Counted from the first letter of the stretch, positions 19,331 through 30,743 are shown. The stretch is DNA of 64,000 nucleotides from a virus (IMGVR_UViG_3300014641_000001:1-64000); one strand, 5' to 3'. Notes: generated by a model from the letters alone, not told the origin. Translations and numbers: made by a program.

Positions 19331-21071
19331 AAAAACAGAACAAGAAGTAGCTAATGATAAGGCTGCAAAAATAATGAACGGAGTTGCTATTTGGTGCAGC
19401 TTCTACCGCGCCAATCCTCATCGTTTCGCAAAAGATTATCTGAATACAACACTAAAGCTATTTCAGATAGTGTTATTGTACATGATGAATGTGAACAATT
19501 ATTTCATGTACCTTGCTGCCAGAGGACAAGGGAAAACATGGTTGACCGCTCTTTTTTGTACAATACGCTGTATTCTCTATCCTGGAACAAAAATATGTGT
19601 AGCTTCAAAAAATAGAAACCAAGCAAATGAAGTTTTAGAAAAAATCACAACCGACTTCATGGATAAATCAGATAATCTAAAACTAGAAATTGAAGATTAC
19701 TCTGTTGGACAAAATAAAGCATATGTATTGTTTAAAAATGGTTCGTGGATAAAGGTTGTTACTGCATCGGATTCAGGAAGATCAGCTAGGGCAAATATTC
19801 TTATAACTGATGAATTTAGAATGGTTGATTTAAATGTTATAAATACTGTTCTTAGAAAGTTTCTAACAGCGCCAAGAACGCCCAAATATCTAAGTAAAAA
19901 AGAATTTAAGCATCTTATAGAACGTAACAAAGAGATATATATGTCGAGTTGTTGGTTCAAGAGTCATTGGTCCTTTGAAAAAGCAAAGGCATATTGTGCT
20001 AATTTAGTCAACGATACAAAGAAATATTTTATTTGTGGATTGCCTTATCAAATATCTATCAAAGAAAATCTATTGTCAAGCGAACAGGTTGCCGACGAAA
20101 TGTCCGAAGCTGATTTTTCTGAAATGGCTTGGGATATGGAAATGGGATGTTTGTGGTATGGTGATAAGGATGGAAGTTTATTTTCATATGAAGATACCTC
20201 TAAAAATAGATTATTAAAAAAATGTGTGTATCCCACTAATATAGCTAGTTTGCTTTCTGAAAAATTCGCAAAGATACCAGACCTTAAACCGCAGGAACAG
20301 AGAATTATTTCAACGGACGTTGCACTACTTGCGTCTAAGAAACAAAATAATGATGCAGCTTCTATTTTTATAAACAGTGCAATACCAACGCAAAACCAAA
20401 AATATATCGGCAACATGATTTACACTGAAAATCATGAAGGATTGAACACAGACGAATTGGCGTTAATTATTCGCAGATATTTTGAAATGTATAAGTGTAC
20501 ATATATTGCCCTCGACGTAAAGGGGATAGGACTTGGTGTTTATGACTGTCTGATTAAAGATATGTATGACCCTACAACCGGACAGACATATGGAGCATTG
20601 AGTTGCTGTAACGACAAGGTATACGCAGACAGGTGTAAGGTGCCAAATGCTCCTAAAGTAATATGGGCTATCCAAGCAACAGCACAATTTAATAATGATA
20701 TGTATTTATCATTGCGTGAAGGATTTAGGCAACACAAAATAAATTTACTAATACATGAATTCGAAGCAGAAGAAACATTAAAAAGTATAAGAGGATATAA
20801 TTCTTTAAATATGAGCGATAAAACGCTTTTACAGCTTCCACACATTCATACTACTTTATTAATTAATGAATTAATTAATCTGGAGTACGAGGCAAGAGGA
20901 GTTAATATTAAAGTATATGAGAAATCCGGCATGAGAAAGGATCGTGTGTCAAGCGTAGGATATAATTATTGGGTTCAATGTCAGTTAGAAAATAAATTGA
21001 AAAAGCCAAAAGAAAAATCTTCCACCCCCTCTTCTCTCCCATTCCGCGCCCCACAATTATATTCGCATTAA
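19314..21071 (+). CDS. terL: Terminase large subunit
   Basis: Walker A 'ARGQGKT', Walker B 'LITDE', nuclease 'STDVA...NDA', 'KDRVSS'. Confidence 0.92.
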   Translation: MIQTNKKTEQEVANDKAAKIMNGVAIWCSFYRANPHRFAKDYLNTTLKLFQIVLLYMMNVNNYFMYLAARGQGKTWLTALFCTIRCILYPGTKICVASKNRNQANEVLEKITTDFMDKSDNLKLEIEDYSVGQNKAYVLFKNGSWIKVVTASDSGRSARANILITDEFRMVDLNVINTVLRKFLTAPRTPKYLSKKEFKHLIERNKEIYMSSCWFKSHWSFEKAKAYCANLVNDTKKYFICGLPYQISIKENLLSSEQVADEMSEADFSEMAWDMEMGCLWYGDKDGSLFSYEDTSKNRLLKKCVYPTNIASLLSEKFAKIPDLKPQEQRIISTDVALLASKKQNNDAASIFINSAIPTQNQKYIGNMIYTENHEGLNTDELALIIRRYFEMYKCTYIALDVKGIGLGVYDCLIKDMYDPTTGQTYGALSCCNDKVYADRCKVPNAPKVIWAIQATAQFNNDMYLSLREGFRQHKINLLIHEFEAEETLKSIRGYNSLNMSDKTLLQLPHIHTTLLINELINLEYEARGVNIKVYEKSGMRKDRVSSVGYNYWVQCQLENKLKKPKEKSSTPSSLPFRAPQLYSH

Positions 21072-21101
21072 TAAAAATTCGAGAAAGGAGGAAATCACAA
21101 A

Positions 21102-22625
21102 ATGTCAAAAACAGAAGTTACAGAAATCAACACAAAAACAACTGAAACAACCAAGCAAGAAATATCAGAAAAACAGAGATTGCAATTTGACTCGGCTCTG
21201 CAATATATGAAAACTGCTAAACTTATACTTCGTGACTTGGAAAATGAACAGCAGTCAAATCAGTTTTTTAAAAAGTATAAGCGTGAAGATATATTAAGAT
21301 GGCTAGAAAATCCTTCTCGATATGAATCTAAGTTAATTGAAGTGTGCCGATATTTGGCTGGCAGTTCTCAACACTTTAGGCGGTTATACGAATACTTCGG
21401 GAAGATGTCTATGCTTGCCTATATCGTACTTCCGTATAAATTGGACGAAGATAATTTTGATGCCCCCGTTTTTAAAAAACAGTATAAAAAAATCATAGAC
21501 AAACTGGAAGTAATGAACATCAAAAATGAGTTTTCAAAAGTAATTGATGTGTTGTTTCGAGAAGATATTGCCTACTGCTATGAATATTCTACAAATGATA
21601 GCTACTTTATAAAACTCTTACCATATAACTATTGTCAAGTAAATACGATTGTAGATGGAGTATTAGGATTTTCATTTAACTTTAGTTTCTTTGATAAATA
21701 TCCAAAAAAGCTGTCAATGTACGGAGATGAATTCCAGACGAAGTACGCCTTATATAAAAGTGACAGAAAGAAATATAAATGGCAAGAACTTGATAGTGCA
21801 AACTCATTTGCATTAAAGTTATCTGATAATCTCGACTATGTTATTCCTATGTTTGCAAATCTTATCCCCTTTTTATATGACATTGAAGATATTAAGCAGC
21901 TTGATAAGAGTAAAAAAGAGATGGACAATTATAAACTTTTACTTATGAAACTAGAATTAAATGATGATGGTGATTATAAAATTGACTATCAGGAATATGA
22001 AAAGTTTTATAATATGATCAGTTCTGTTCTTCCAAAAAATATTGGGATCGGTATGTCGATTGCAGATATTAAGGATTATACATTTGAGCGTAGTGGTGCT
22101 ACTAGTGAGATTAGTGCATATAGCCAGGCTCAATCTGACTACTGGTCTTCAGCAGGTGTGTCGGAATTGCTATTTAATGGTTCAAAGTCATCTTCTGCTA
22201 CTATTAGTAACTCAATTAAAAACGATAGTGAGTTAGTTTTTTATGTTCACAGAATGATTGAACGTGTCATTAATAGGAAACTTAAACAAGAGTCTGGAAA
22301 ATATAAATTCAAAATTAATATTCTTGATGTCACGCAATTTAATCAAAAAGAGTATTTGGACAACCTTTTAAAAGTGTCTACATATGGATACCCTGTCAAA
22401 CTTTCCATATTGGCCATATTCGGATACACACCATCTGATACATATGGGATGACGATTTTAGAAGATGTTTTAGACTTGGTTAGTAAGTGGAAGCCTTTAC
22501 AATCTGCAAACACTATGTCTGGTGACTCTAACGAGGAAGGCGGCGCTCCCTCAAAAGATGATAACGAATTATCGGAGGCTGGGATTCAGACTCGCGAAAA
22601 TGACAATAGGAACGAAAATGCTTAA
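21102..22625 (+). CDS. Portal protein
   Basis: Follows terL; 507 aa; 'AGVSELLFN' and C-terminal 'PLQSANT...GAP'. Confidence 0.8.
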   Translation: MSKTEVTEINTKTTETTKQEISEKQRLQFDSALQYMKTAKLILRDLENEQQSNQFFKKYKREDILRWLENPSRYESKLIEVCRYLAGSSQHFRRLYEYFGKMSMLAYIVLPYKLDEDNFDAPVFKKQYKKIIDKLEVMNIKNEFSKVIDVLFREDIAYCYEYSTNDSYFIKLLPYNYCQVNTIVDGVLGFSFNFSFFDKYPKKLSMYGDEFQTKYALYKSDRKKYKWQELDSANSFALKLSDNLDYVIPMFANLIPFLYDIEDIKQLDKSKKEMDNYKLLLMKLELNDDGDYKIDYQEYEKFYNMISSVLPKNIGIGMSIADIKDYTFERSGATSEISAYSQAQSDYWSSAGVSELLFNGSKSSSATISNSIKNDSELVFYVHRMIERVINRKLKQESGKYKFKINILDVTQFNQKEYLDNLLKVSTYGYPVKLSILAIFGYTPSDTYGMTILEDVLDLVSKWKPLQSANTMSGDSNEEGGAPSKDDNELSEAGIQTRENDNRNENA

Positions 22626-22643
22626 AGATACAGATGGATTTAT

Positions 22644-22835
22644 ATGAATAATACAATATTGGTGTTTGACCAAGAAAAAGCGATACTTCTCTCTTCTCTT
22701 GGTTTCAAATATATTTATGACAGTGTGAACGGAAAGAAAGTTCATGCTTTTTTATTTTCAGAGGAACTTTTAAAATACGTGAATACGAATTTTACAAATA
22801 ATGATTTCCTTCTGAATAAAGGTTTAAGATTTTAA
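22644..22835 (+). CDS. Small hypothetical protein
   Basis: 63 aa between portal and protease. Confidence 0.6.
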   Translation: MNNTILVFDQEKAILLSSLGFKYIYDSVNGKKVHAFLFSEELLKYVNTNFTNNDFLLNKGLRF

Positions 22836-22848
22836 GGAAGGAGTAAAT

Positions 22849-24345
22849 ATGTCAGAAGTAAATAGAATCATACCGATTATATTTGAGAAGGTACAAGATT
22901 ATTCTAATGCGGATACTAGATTTATAAAAGTGAAAATCAAGATGATGCATCTTGGACTTAACCTTAATAACAGTATCTTCAATAAGGAAGTGGTCGATGA
23001 AGCTATTCCAACTCTTTGCAACACCCCAATACTTGCATATGTGGAAAAGAATAGCGAAGGAGATGATGACTTTTCTGACCATAGACAGGAATTAAGTATT
23101 GAAAATGGCGCAATAAAAGTCACTTATAAATGTATTCCATTTGGGGTTATTGGCGAATCATGCAATCCGAGATATGAAAAATATACTGCCGAAGACGGGA
23201 TCGAACGTACATACTTGGTTGTTGATGGATTAATTTGGAGCAAAATTGAACATGCTGATATTTTTACTAGAGATTTTATTAAAGATGCAAGTATGGAACT
23301 TACAGAAAATTATTCTGGTAAATTTGATGAGGATAATCATTTTGTATTCACAAAAATTGAGTTTGATGGAATCTGTGCCTTGGGTAATAACGTGGAACCA
23401 GCAATGAAAGGTGCCAACATTGAAGTTAATTTTGCTTTGAGCGAAATACAAACAAAGTTGGAACAGTTTAATGCTTGTATAAAAGATAAAACAGCTATTA
23501 CAGATAATTCAATGAAAGGAGATAGTATTATATTGGATAACGAGAAAATCGAAAGTGTCTTAAAAGAATTTAGTGTCAAAAGAGAAGACATTAATTTTGA
23601 GATAACGGACACAATGACAGAAACTGAATTAAGAGATAATTTAAAAACTTTTAATAATAGTAATTCTGATGACGAGAATAAAAATGCCCCCAAAATTTAT
23701 ACTGATTTTTCAACATATAATGAAAAACGAGAATTATTAAGAAGTGTATTAAAGCGTGAAGAAAAGCGAGATGAAAACGGAAGTCTGGAGTATTATTTAG
23801 GATTTTGGATCGCTGACTTTGATGACTCTTATGTTTACGTCGAAAAAGAAGAATATAACGGTGAAGAATGGTCTTATGAGAAGGGACGGTTTGGATACAC
23901 ACTTTCCGAAAATGTTGCCTCTATAACAAGCGAATTTGAGCCAATGATTGTAAAGTGGCTTACTGCGGAGGAATATTCTGCCATTGAAAAGATGCGCTCT
24001 ACCTATGAAAGCTTTGAGGCAAATAAAGGTGAATTTGAACGTTTACAGAAGTTTGAAAAAGATACTTTAAATGAACGAAGAGATACAGATCTAAAGCTGT
24101 TATATGAAAAGTTCGACGAGAAGCTTGCAGATTGTGAAGAGTATAAAACGTTAAAAGAATCCAATACAGATTTTTCTGTAGAAGATATTGAGATGAAGTG
24201 CTTTGCATTAATTGGTAAGATCGCAACCAACTTTTCAACAGAAAAGAAAAGTGATGTTATTAAATTAGATTTTGAAGTATCCGAGAAAGACACCGACACT
24301 GATGATGGGTACGGCGGAATCTTGGCTTCTAAATACAATAAATAA
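22849..24345 (+). CDS. Prohead protease/scaffold (YonD-like)
   Basis: 'H.GLNLNNS', 'DFSDH', 'SME', 'CALG..VEPAM'; acidic coiled-coil C-terminus. Confidence 0.75.
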   Translation: MSEVNRIIPIIFEKVQDYSNADTRFIKVKIKMMHLGLNLNNSIFNKEVVDEAIPTLCNTPILAYVEKNSEGDDDFSDHRQELSIENGAIKVTYKCIPFGVIGESCNPRYEKYTAEDGIERTYLVVDGLIWSKIEHADIFTRDFIKDASMELTENYSGKFDEDNHFVFTKIEFDGICALGNNVEPAMKGANIEVNFALSEIQTKLEQFNACIKDKTAITDNSMKGDSIILDNEKIESVLKEFSVKREDINFEITDTMTETELRDNLKTFNNSNSDDENKNAPKIYTDFSTYNEKRELLRSVLKREEKRDENGSLEYYLGFWIADFDDSYVYVEKEEYNGEEWSYEKGRFGYTLSENVASITSEFEPMIVKWLTAEEYSAIEKMRSTYESFEANKGEFERLQKFEKDTLNERRDTDLKLLYEKFDEKLADCEEYKTLKESNTDFSVEDIEMKCFALIGKIATNFSTEKKSDVIKLDFEVSEKDTDTDDGYGGILASKYNK

Positions 24346-24408
24346 AACAATTTGTATGAGCGCATAAGACGCTCTATTTTTGTGTTCAAAAATAAGGAGG
24401 AACAAAAC

Positions 24409-24894
24409 ATGGCAAATTATTGTGTCGTTACACGTGAAAAAATGACTAGCGAATGGGATGGTTCTAAAAGAATCTCAGTAAAGTACCGTCCAAGTGGCGT
24501 TGATGCTGCAATCGAAAATGGAAATGTTGTAGTTGTAGGTGATTTGATTGATGGTGAAAGGGAAGTTTATGCAACTTCTACTCCTGCCGTTGATACGCCT
24601 GTAGCGAAATTGGCTCTTATCACAACCCCAGAGGTAATGGCCGATGAAAGAAAGAAAAATATCGCAGAATTTAGAAACGAAGCAGGTGAAGTATGCACAG
24701 CCGATCTATTATTCTCTCGTGATATCTTCTCTCTTACCGCTGAAGGATTTACTGGTACACCAGCAAAGGGAAGTATCGTAGAATTACAGGCCGGTACGAA
24801 ATTAAAAGTAGTTTCAACTGTCACTTCTGGTTCTACTGCTGTAGGAAAAATCATTGATTACGTGAATGGTAAATATGCCGTTCAGGTTGACTAA
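24409..24894 (+). CDS. Capsid decoration / head protein
   Basis: AAGGAGG SD before ATG 24409; 'IENGNVVVVG'; lies just before the MCP. Confidence 0.65.
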   Translation: MANYCVVTREKMTSEWDGSKRISVKYRPSGVDAAIENGNVVVVGDLIDGEREVYATSTPAVDTPVAKLALITTPEVMADERKKNIAEFRNEAGEVCTADLLFSRDIFSLTAEGFTGTPAKGSIVELQAGTKLKVVSTVTSGSTAVGKIIDYVNGKYAVQVD

Positions 24895-24926
24895 TCTTAT
24901 AAAAATATTAAGGAGGAATATACATA

Positions 24927-25928
24927 ATGGCCGATAAATTAAAAGTGTTAAAACTTGCTACTGATATGATTAAGGGTAGAGTAGATAGTAACTTTGCGGA
25001 CGCTTCAAAAAATTCAGAAGCACTTGTTGAACAGTTAATTGAACTGAACGGTGGTTCTAAGGATTTAGATTTCAAGAGATTCCATAGAGGGAATCCAGTT
25101 TTCGATATTGTAGAGGAAATTATTCCTGTAATTGTTCACGAGGGACTTACCGGAGATGAATTCTTTTTTAACCTTGTAGATTATAGAAATATTGCACTGG
25201 GTGACGATATAGATTTCTGGACTGAAGACAAAACAGAATTCGTAGTTGCTGATGCAGCCTATGGCACCAGCGGAATTCGTAGACAGAGACTTGGTGCTAT
25301 GGAAAAGTACAACGTTAAGTCACAGCTTAAAGTTATTAAGGTATATGAAGAATTAAAAAGACTCATGGCAGGCAGAGTAGATTTTAATACCTTTATCAGA
25401 AAAGCCGGCGAGGCCATGACTAAGGAAGTTAGACAGGATACCTATACTGTATTTAATGGTGTGACAACTACTACTCGTGGTCTGAATTCTACGTATGTAA
25501 AATCTGGAACTTATTCCGAAGATACTCTGTTAGAACTCGTTGAGCATGTGGAAGCTGCAAATAACGCAGTCGCAACAATTATGGGAACTAAATCTGCTCT
25601 TAGAAAGGTTACTACCGCTGTCGTATCCGACGAAGCAAAAACAGATCTCTATAATATGGGATTCTATGGAAAGTTTAATGGTACAAACATGATTTATCTC
25701 CCTCAGAGACATCAGACTGGTACGGATACTTTCTTACTCGATAATAGCAAGATCTATGTATTTGCTGGTGTTGATAAGCCTATTAAGGTAGTGAACGTTG
25801 GAGAAGGTATTCTTTCTGTAAATGACCCATTACAACAGGCCGACTTTACCCAGAATTATCTCTATGGGCAGGAGTTCGGAGTGGGACTTGTCTTTAATAC
25901 AAAACAGGGATTTTATTCTTTAGCGTGA
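24927..25928 (+). CDS. Major capsid protein
   Basis: 333 aa, strong SD, expected position in the head module. Confidence 0.8.
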   Translation: MADKLKVLKLATDMIKGRVDSNFADASKNSEALVEQLIELNGGSKDLDFKRFHRGNPVFDIVEEIIPVIVHEGLTGDEFFFNLVDYRNIALGDDIDFWTEDKTEFVVADAAYGTSGIRRQRLGAMEKYNVKSQLKVIKVYEELKRLMAGRVDFNTFIRKAGEAMTKEVRQDTYTVFNGVTTTTRGLNSTYVKSGTYSEDTLLELVEHVEAANNAVATIMGTKSALRKVTTAVVSDEAKTDLYNMGFYGKFNGTNMIYLPQRHQTGTDTFLLDNSKIYVFAGVDKPIKVVNVGEGILSVNDPLQQADFTQNYLYGQEFGVGLVFNTKQGFYSLA

Positions 25929-25996
25929 CGTATCGTTTGGGCGGCTTAAATGCCGCCTTAACTTGAATAAAAGGAAAATAAAAGGAGGATTTTAAA

Positions 25997-26626
25997 ATGG
26001 CAAACGGAAGACCAGGAAGACCTAAAAAGGTAGAAGCTGAAAATACTAATAATAATATCCCGGAAAATACAGAAAAAAATGTTGATGACATGGTGAATAC
26101 CACAACAGACTTGAAGGTGTCAACAAGGAAGAAATTAAAATTAGATGATAATGTATCTCTCCTTGTTTCCAGTAATATCTTCGGCGAATTGATTTATATC
26201 AACCATAAAACTGGTGATAAATACACTTGGGAAAATATGGGTGACGTACAGAGTTTATATGTTTCTGACATTAGAGCTATGAAATCAAATCAGCGAAAAT
26301 TCTTAGAACAGAACTGGATTGTTATTGATGGAATTGCTGACACATCTGAGGAATATGAAGGCGTTGATGTTACGGAAATCTACGAAGCGTTACAGATTTC
26401 TAACTACTATAAAAACTTCTTATGTCCATCTAATTTAAATGATGTATTTAACTGGAGTGTTGAAGATATTAGAAACAAGGTGCCAAAAATGCCAGTCTCT
26501 ACTAGAGAAACAATTGCAATTAGAGCAAATGAATTGATTAAATCTGGAATTATAGATTCTATTGCAAAGGTAAAAGTATTAGAGGAGGTTATTGGTTGTG
26601 AATTAGCCTCTGAAGACGACGATTAG
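25997..26626 (+). CDS. Head module protein
   Basis: Follows MCP; strong SD. Confidence 0.6.
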   Translation: MANGRPGRPKKVEAENTNNNIPENTEKNVDDMVNTTTDLKVSTRKKLKLDDNVSLLVSSNIFGELIYINHKTGDKYTWENMGDVQSLYVSDIRAMKSNQRKFLEQNWIVIDGIADTSEEYEGVDVTEIYEALQISNYYKNFLCPSNLNDVFNWSVEDIRNKVPKMPVSTRETIAIRANELIKSGIIDSIAKVKVLEEVIGCELASEDDD

Positions 26627-26637
26627 GGGGTGCGGTT

Positions 26638-27069
26638 ATGACTTCCTATTCAGAAATAATTGAGGTATTTTTAAATAAAATTACTGATATGGACTTACCT
26701 CGATTTGATGATTTAGTACGTGAATCTATAATTATTAATTATATGAAATCGGCGTGTACCAAATTTGCAAAGGTCTGCGAAGTAGATTTATATGATAGAA
26801 ATGATGTTGAAAAATGCTTTAATAGTGTCTTAGATGATGAAATTATTGATATTATCACTGAAAATATGCTTGTAGAATGGCTCAAGCCAAAAGTACTGTT
26901 CACTGATAACTTATCAAACATATTAAACACAAAAGATTTTTCTATGTACAGTCCTGCTAACATGTTAAAGGAATTAAGAGAAACTTTGGCTTATCTCAAA
27001 AAAAGCGCAAGAGGTTTAATTAACAATTACTCTTTTGCTCACTCGGAGGTAGGTAAAAATGGTAAATGA
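26638..27069 (+). CDS. Putative head-tail adaptor
   Basis: 'MTSYSEI...FL.KITD', 'KDFSMYSPAN'; gene order. Confidence 0.6.
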   Translation: MTSYSEIIEVFLNKITDMDLPRFDDLVRESIIINYMKSACTKFAKVCEVDLYDRNDVEKCFNSVLDDEIIDIITENMLVEWLKPKVLFTDNLSNILNTKDFSMYSPANMLKELRETLAYLKKSARGLINNYSFAHSEVGKNGK

Positions 27070-27337
27070 TTTTTTAGGTAATATTATTGGTAACATTTAT
27101 AAGGTATTGCCTCTTAAGGAAGAAGAAAATTCATATTTGCCCGAATATCTGGATAGTTTATTGGTTCAATTAAAAGGAGCATTAATAACTTATCCGGGAC
27201 TTTCTTCAAATGTAAGATATATAACTATTATTAATAGTATTCAGTATTTTTGTAGCAATGATTTTTCAATTAAGCAATGTAAAAGAGAAGTATTTAAATG
27301 TATTGAGAATATTAACAAAATACAGAATGAGGTGTAA
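27059..27337 (+). CDS. Hypothetical structural module protein
   Basis: Translationally coupled ORF. Confidence 0.6.
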   Translation: MVNDFLGNIIGNIYKVLPLKEEENSYLPEYLDSLLVQLKGALITYPGLSSNVRYITIINSIQYFCSNDFSIKQCKREVFKCIENINKIQNEV

Positions 27338-27339
27338 AT

Positions 27340-28356
27340 ATGGAATATTGGGATATTTACAACGCTCGCCTAACTGTTAATGGATCTACGCAAAGAGAAA
27401 GAAATGTCAATCGTCTAAAACAGAATATCCTCTCTAAAGCTCCATCTAACCCATCGTACAAAGAAATCAGGCTAAATGGCGATGATACATATCTCGTAAT
27501 CAATACTGGAACAAAGCCTTACTATAAAGAATTTGAATCTCTACCCGAACAGAAAATTCTAGCCGGTGATTATATAGAATGGTCAAACAATATTTGGTTA
27601 GTATATGAAGCTGACAGTGATGATGAGGTTTACACCGATGGCAATTTAAGACAATGCCAATATGAGCTATTCTGGCAAAATTCTGGTGGTAAAATTATAT
27701 CAAGACATGCTTGGGTACAGAATGCGTCTGCTTACAACAATGGAGAATCCGGTAATAACACAATTACCTTGCAGTCAAATCAGTTTATGGTATACGTTCC
27801 ATACGATGACGATACTCTTCTACTAGATAATGGACTTCGAATGCATATATCACGCAGTAACAGAAAGTGCAAACCATATAAACTGACTAGACCTGATGAC
27901 GTTGCTATGGGATATGGTGAAAAGGGTGTGCTGGGGCTTGTTTTTACACAAGATGAATACAACCCTACAGAAGATAGATTAGTTGAGTTGGAAGATGGTA
28001 AGTCCGTGTGGATATGTAAGTACTTCTCTCCCACTACTCCACCAGACCCAGATCCACCCGATGAAACAGCGAATTTATCTGCTGTTATCAGTGGAAATAC
28101 AAGCCTGAAAATCGGGTTTGAAAGAACCTATACTGTGACATTCACTGATGCAGATGGCAATGTGGTTAATGATGTAGATTATAAATGGAATGTGGTAAGT
28201 GATTTTGATGAAAAGATAATTCGATATACAAACGGTAAAACAATCAAATTAAAGGTAGACGATGACTCGCTGATTGACGAGTCATTTTTATTGAGTGTGA
28301 CTATTGATGGTAATTTTATAACGAAAGTTCGGATTACTTTAGTTGAAGGATTTTAA
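27340..28356 (+). CDS. Putative head closure protein with C-terminal Ig-like domain
   Basis: Gene order; Pro-rich linker followed by a beta-rich domain. Confidence 0.55.
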   Translation: MEYWDIYNARLTVNGSTQRERNVNRLKQNILSKAPSNPSYKEIRLNGDDTYLVINTGTKPYYKEFESLPEQKILAGDYIEWSNNIWLVYEADSDDEVYTDGNLRQCQYELFWQNSGGKIISRHAWVQNASAYNNGESGNNTITLQSNQFMVYVPYDDDTLLLDNGLRMHISRSNRKCKPYKLTRPDDVAMGYGEKGVLGLVFTQDEYNPTEDRLVELEDGKSVWICKYFSPTTPPDPDPPDETANLSAVISGNTSLKIGFERTYTVTFTDADGNVVNDVDYKWNVVSDFDEKIIRYTNGKTIKLKVDDDSLIDESFLLSVTIDGNFITKVRITLVEGF

Positions 28357-28367
28357 GGAGGTATCAT

Positions 28368-28847
28368 TTGACATTAAGAGATATTGGAAAATATAAAAAC
28401 AGATTATTTTCTTCTATCGTCCAATCAGAAGACGTTGCAGAATTAATTCTGGGTAAAAATTATGATAAAGAGAACGTTGATGAACTTTTGACGTATAAAC
28501 ACATATTTCCGTATCTTTACATAAATGATACCCAAACTCAACAATGTTCATATGTCTGTGTAGAGGTTGACGTGCCTCGTACAATGGATTTTTCTTACAA
28601 GGATATGAAAGTTATTATATGGTGCTATTGTCATAGAGGAATTATGAAATATTCTAAAAGTGGATATTTAGGAACAAGAGCAGATATTCTCACAGATATG
28701 GTTGATAGACTATTAAATAGTTCAAACGACTTTGGTTTGGGGAGATTGAGATTACAGTCTGCAACATACCTTGTGCCAAATAAAGAGTTCTATGGTAGAC
28801 AATTAATATATACCTGTCCAGAATTTAATATAGACAATAAATTGTAA
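28368..28847 (+). CDS. Putative tail terminator/completion protein
   Basis: Gene order; 'IFPYLY...RADIL'. Confidence 0.55.
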   Translation: MTLRDIGKYKNRLFSSIVQSEDVAELILGKNYDKENVDELLTYKHIFPYLYINDTQTQQCSYVCVEVDVPRTMDFSYKDMKVIIWCYCHRGIMKYSKSGYLGTRADILTDMVDRLLNSSNDFGLGRLRLQSATYLVPNKEFYGRQLIYTCPEFNIDNKL

Positions 28848-28859
28848 GGCGGTGGCTTC

Positions 28860-29657
28860 TTGAACAAATATGATCTAGAACACAAATTGCTCAGGGGTAG
28901 CCCATTATTGCTAGGCGATATACCAACATATAAAATATCACTAGGAGAAATGGCGGACATTGGATTTACAAAACTTCAAAACGCAATATCTATTTTGTGC
29001 ATGGACGACGATAAAGCAAGTGAATTGTTAAATGGTGTTATAGAAAATCCATCTACATTCATGCTTATAATGGTAAGCATTTTACAAGAACAAAATTCTA
29101 TAAAATGTGGACAATTGAAAGCAAGCGAGCTAGATAGTTTATTAAGTGTTACTATACCATCGTTTTTATCTCTTTTTTTTAAAAAGGAGGTTACATTTCA
29201 TCAAGACTACGGATTTTTTATAGGAAATCAAGAAGATGAAAAACGTTTATTAAATGACATAAATTATGATGACTTCAGAACAATCTTAAAAGAACGAAAC
29301 TGTCTAATTGATTTAAATGGTGTAGATGAAAATGATAATCCAAGCAATGAAATGGCAAAGAAGTTAATAGAAAAACGAAAAAAGCTACGTGAAAAGTTAA
29401 ATAAGGCCAAACGAGTAAATGGTGAAGACGATGGTATAAATATGGCTGACTTAATAAGCATATTTGCACAGGCTGAACATATGCCATTGCAGGAAGTGTA
29501 TGATAGATACGATATTTATCAGTTCAACAATCAATTTAACCGTTTAAGAATAATGGATGATTTTCATGTAAACATACAAGCATTGTTGGCTGGAGCAAAA
29601 AGTGAAGATGTAAAACTTCAGCATTGGCTCTCAAAAATAGAGAAACAAGATGATTAA
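28860..29657 (+). CDS. Tail module protein (possible assembly chaperone)
   Basis: Lies before the tail tube; 'IYQFNNQF.RL...ALLAGA...HW'. Confidence 0.5.
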   Translation: MNKYDLEHKLLRGSPLLLGDIPTYKISLGEMADIGFTKLQNAISILCMDDDKASELLNGVIENPSTFMLIMVSILQEQNSIKCGQLKASELDSLLSVTIPSFLSLFFKKEVTFHQDYGFFIGNQEDEKRLLNDINYDDFRTILKERNCLIDLNGVDENDNPSNEMAKKLIEKRKKLREKLNKAKRVNGEDDGINMADLISIFAQAEHMPLQEVYDRYDIYQFNNQFNRLRIMDDFHVNIQALLAGAKSEDVKLQHWLSKIEKQDD

Positions 29658-29708
29658 AGTCGGTACTTAAGTATCGGCTTATTTTATTGAAAATTAGGAG
29701 GAAACATA

Positions 29709-30509
29709 ATGGGTGCTAATACTAAATTTGGTGCTAAAGAAGTTATGGATGTAATTCTTTATGATATGTCCACAAGTAAACCAGTAATCTTTTTTGATAC
29801 TTTAAAGACCTCTTCTATCGAAGTAACTGCAGAAAAGGTGTACGCAAGAGGTGGTAAAGGCAATGCGAAGCTTATCACTTGGGAATTAAATAAGGAAGGT
29901 AAGTTAACCATTGAAGACGCCTTACTCTCACCAAAGTCCCTTGAATTAATATCTGGTGTTGCTACCGTAACGGGGGCGCAGACAGTATATATGAGGCAGT
30001 CAACAGAATTTGACACCACTGGTGCAACTCCCAAAGATAAAGGAGAATTATATCCTTTAACGGCAAGTTCTTCTGGTGTTATTGAACTGGCTTATGTTCC
30101 AAAGGAAGCAGCGAGTCAGATTTTGGTATATGAAGCTAGCGATGATTGCGGTACTCCAATTGCAATGACCGGAGCACAACTCACCGGTAAGACTTTAACT
30201 GTAGCTGCGGCATCAAACAAAAAGGTTATTGTTTATTATACATTTGCAAGTGCCGCCACTACAGAAACTTACGTAATTGATGCTTCTCACTTTAGTGGTA
30301 CATATAAGCTGGTAGGCAACACAGTAATCAGAAATAGGGAGACAGGAAAAGATGAAGCATTCCAGGTTGTAATACCTAACTTGAAATGGAGTTCTAATCT
30401 TAATCTAGACTTCTCTGCTGAAGGAGATCCGCAGCCAACCTCATTTGAATGTGAGATCATGAAGGCTGCAAGCAGTTCTACTATGGTTCAGATGACGAGA
30501 TGGGCATAA
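29709..30509 (+). CDS. Major tail tube protein
   Basis: 'FDTLKTS.IE...YARGGKGN..LI.W' and 'SAEGDP..SFE'. Confidence 0.78.
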   Translation: MGANTKFGAKEVMDVILYDMSTSKPVIFFDTLKTSSIEVTAEKVYARGGKGNAKLITWELNKEGKLTIEDALLSPKSLELISGVATVTGAQTVYMRQSTEFDTTGATPKDKGELYPLTASSSGVIELAYVPKEAASQILVYEASDDCGTPIAMTGAQLTGKTLTVAAASNKKVIVYYTFASAATTETYVIDASHFSGTYKLVGNTVIRNRETGKDEAFQVVIPNLKWSSNLNLDFSAEGDPQPTSFECEIMKAASSSTMVQMTRWA

Positions 30510-30542
30510 TGCTCGTCTCTTGCTGTTATAGGAGGACTATTA

Positions 30543-30743
30543 GTGAAAGTTAAGATTGAAAAAGTAGTAGAAGGAACCTATGGCTATGATTCAATTATAG
30601 TTACAATTGACAAAATGAAAACCGACATTGTTTTTGATGCAAAGCATAAGGTAAAGCAGTATGAAGGAAAATACGTTGATTTATCTAATGAGAACGGAAT
30701 TTTTAAGATCAAAGAAATTAAAGTATCTGAAAATATAAAATAG
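30543..30743 (+). CDS. Small hypothetical protein
   Basis: GGAGG SD; GTG start. Confidence 0.6.
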   Translation: MKVKIEKVVEGTYGYDSIIVTIDKMKTDIVFDAKHKVKQYEGKYVDLSNENGIFKIKEIKVSENIK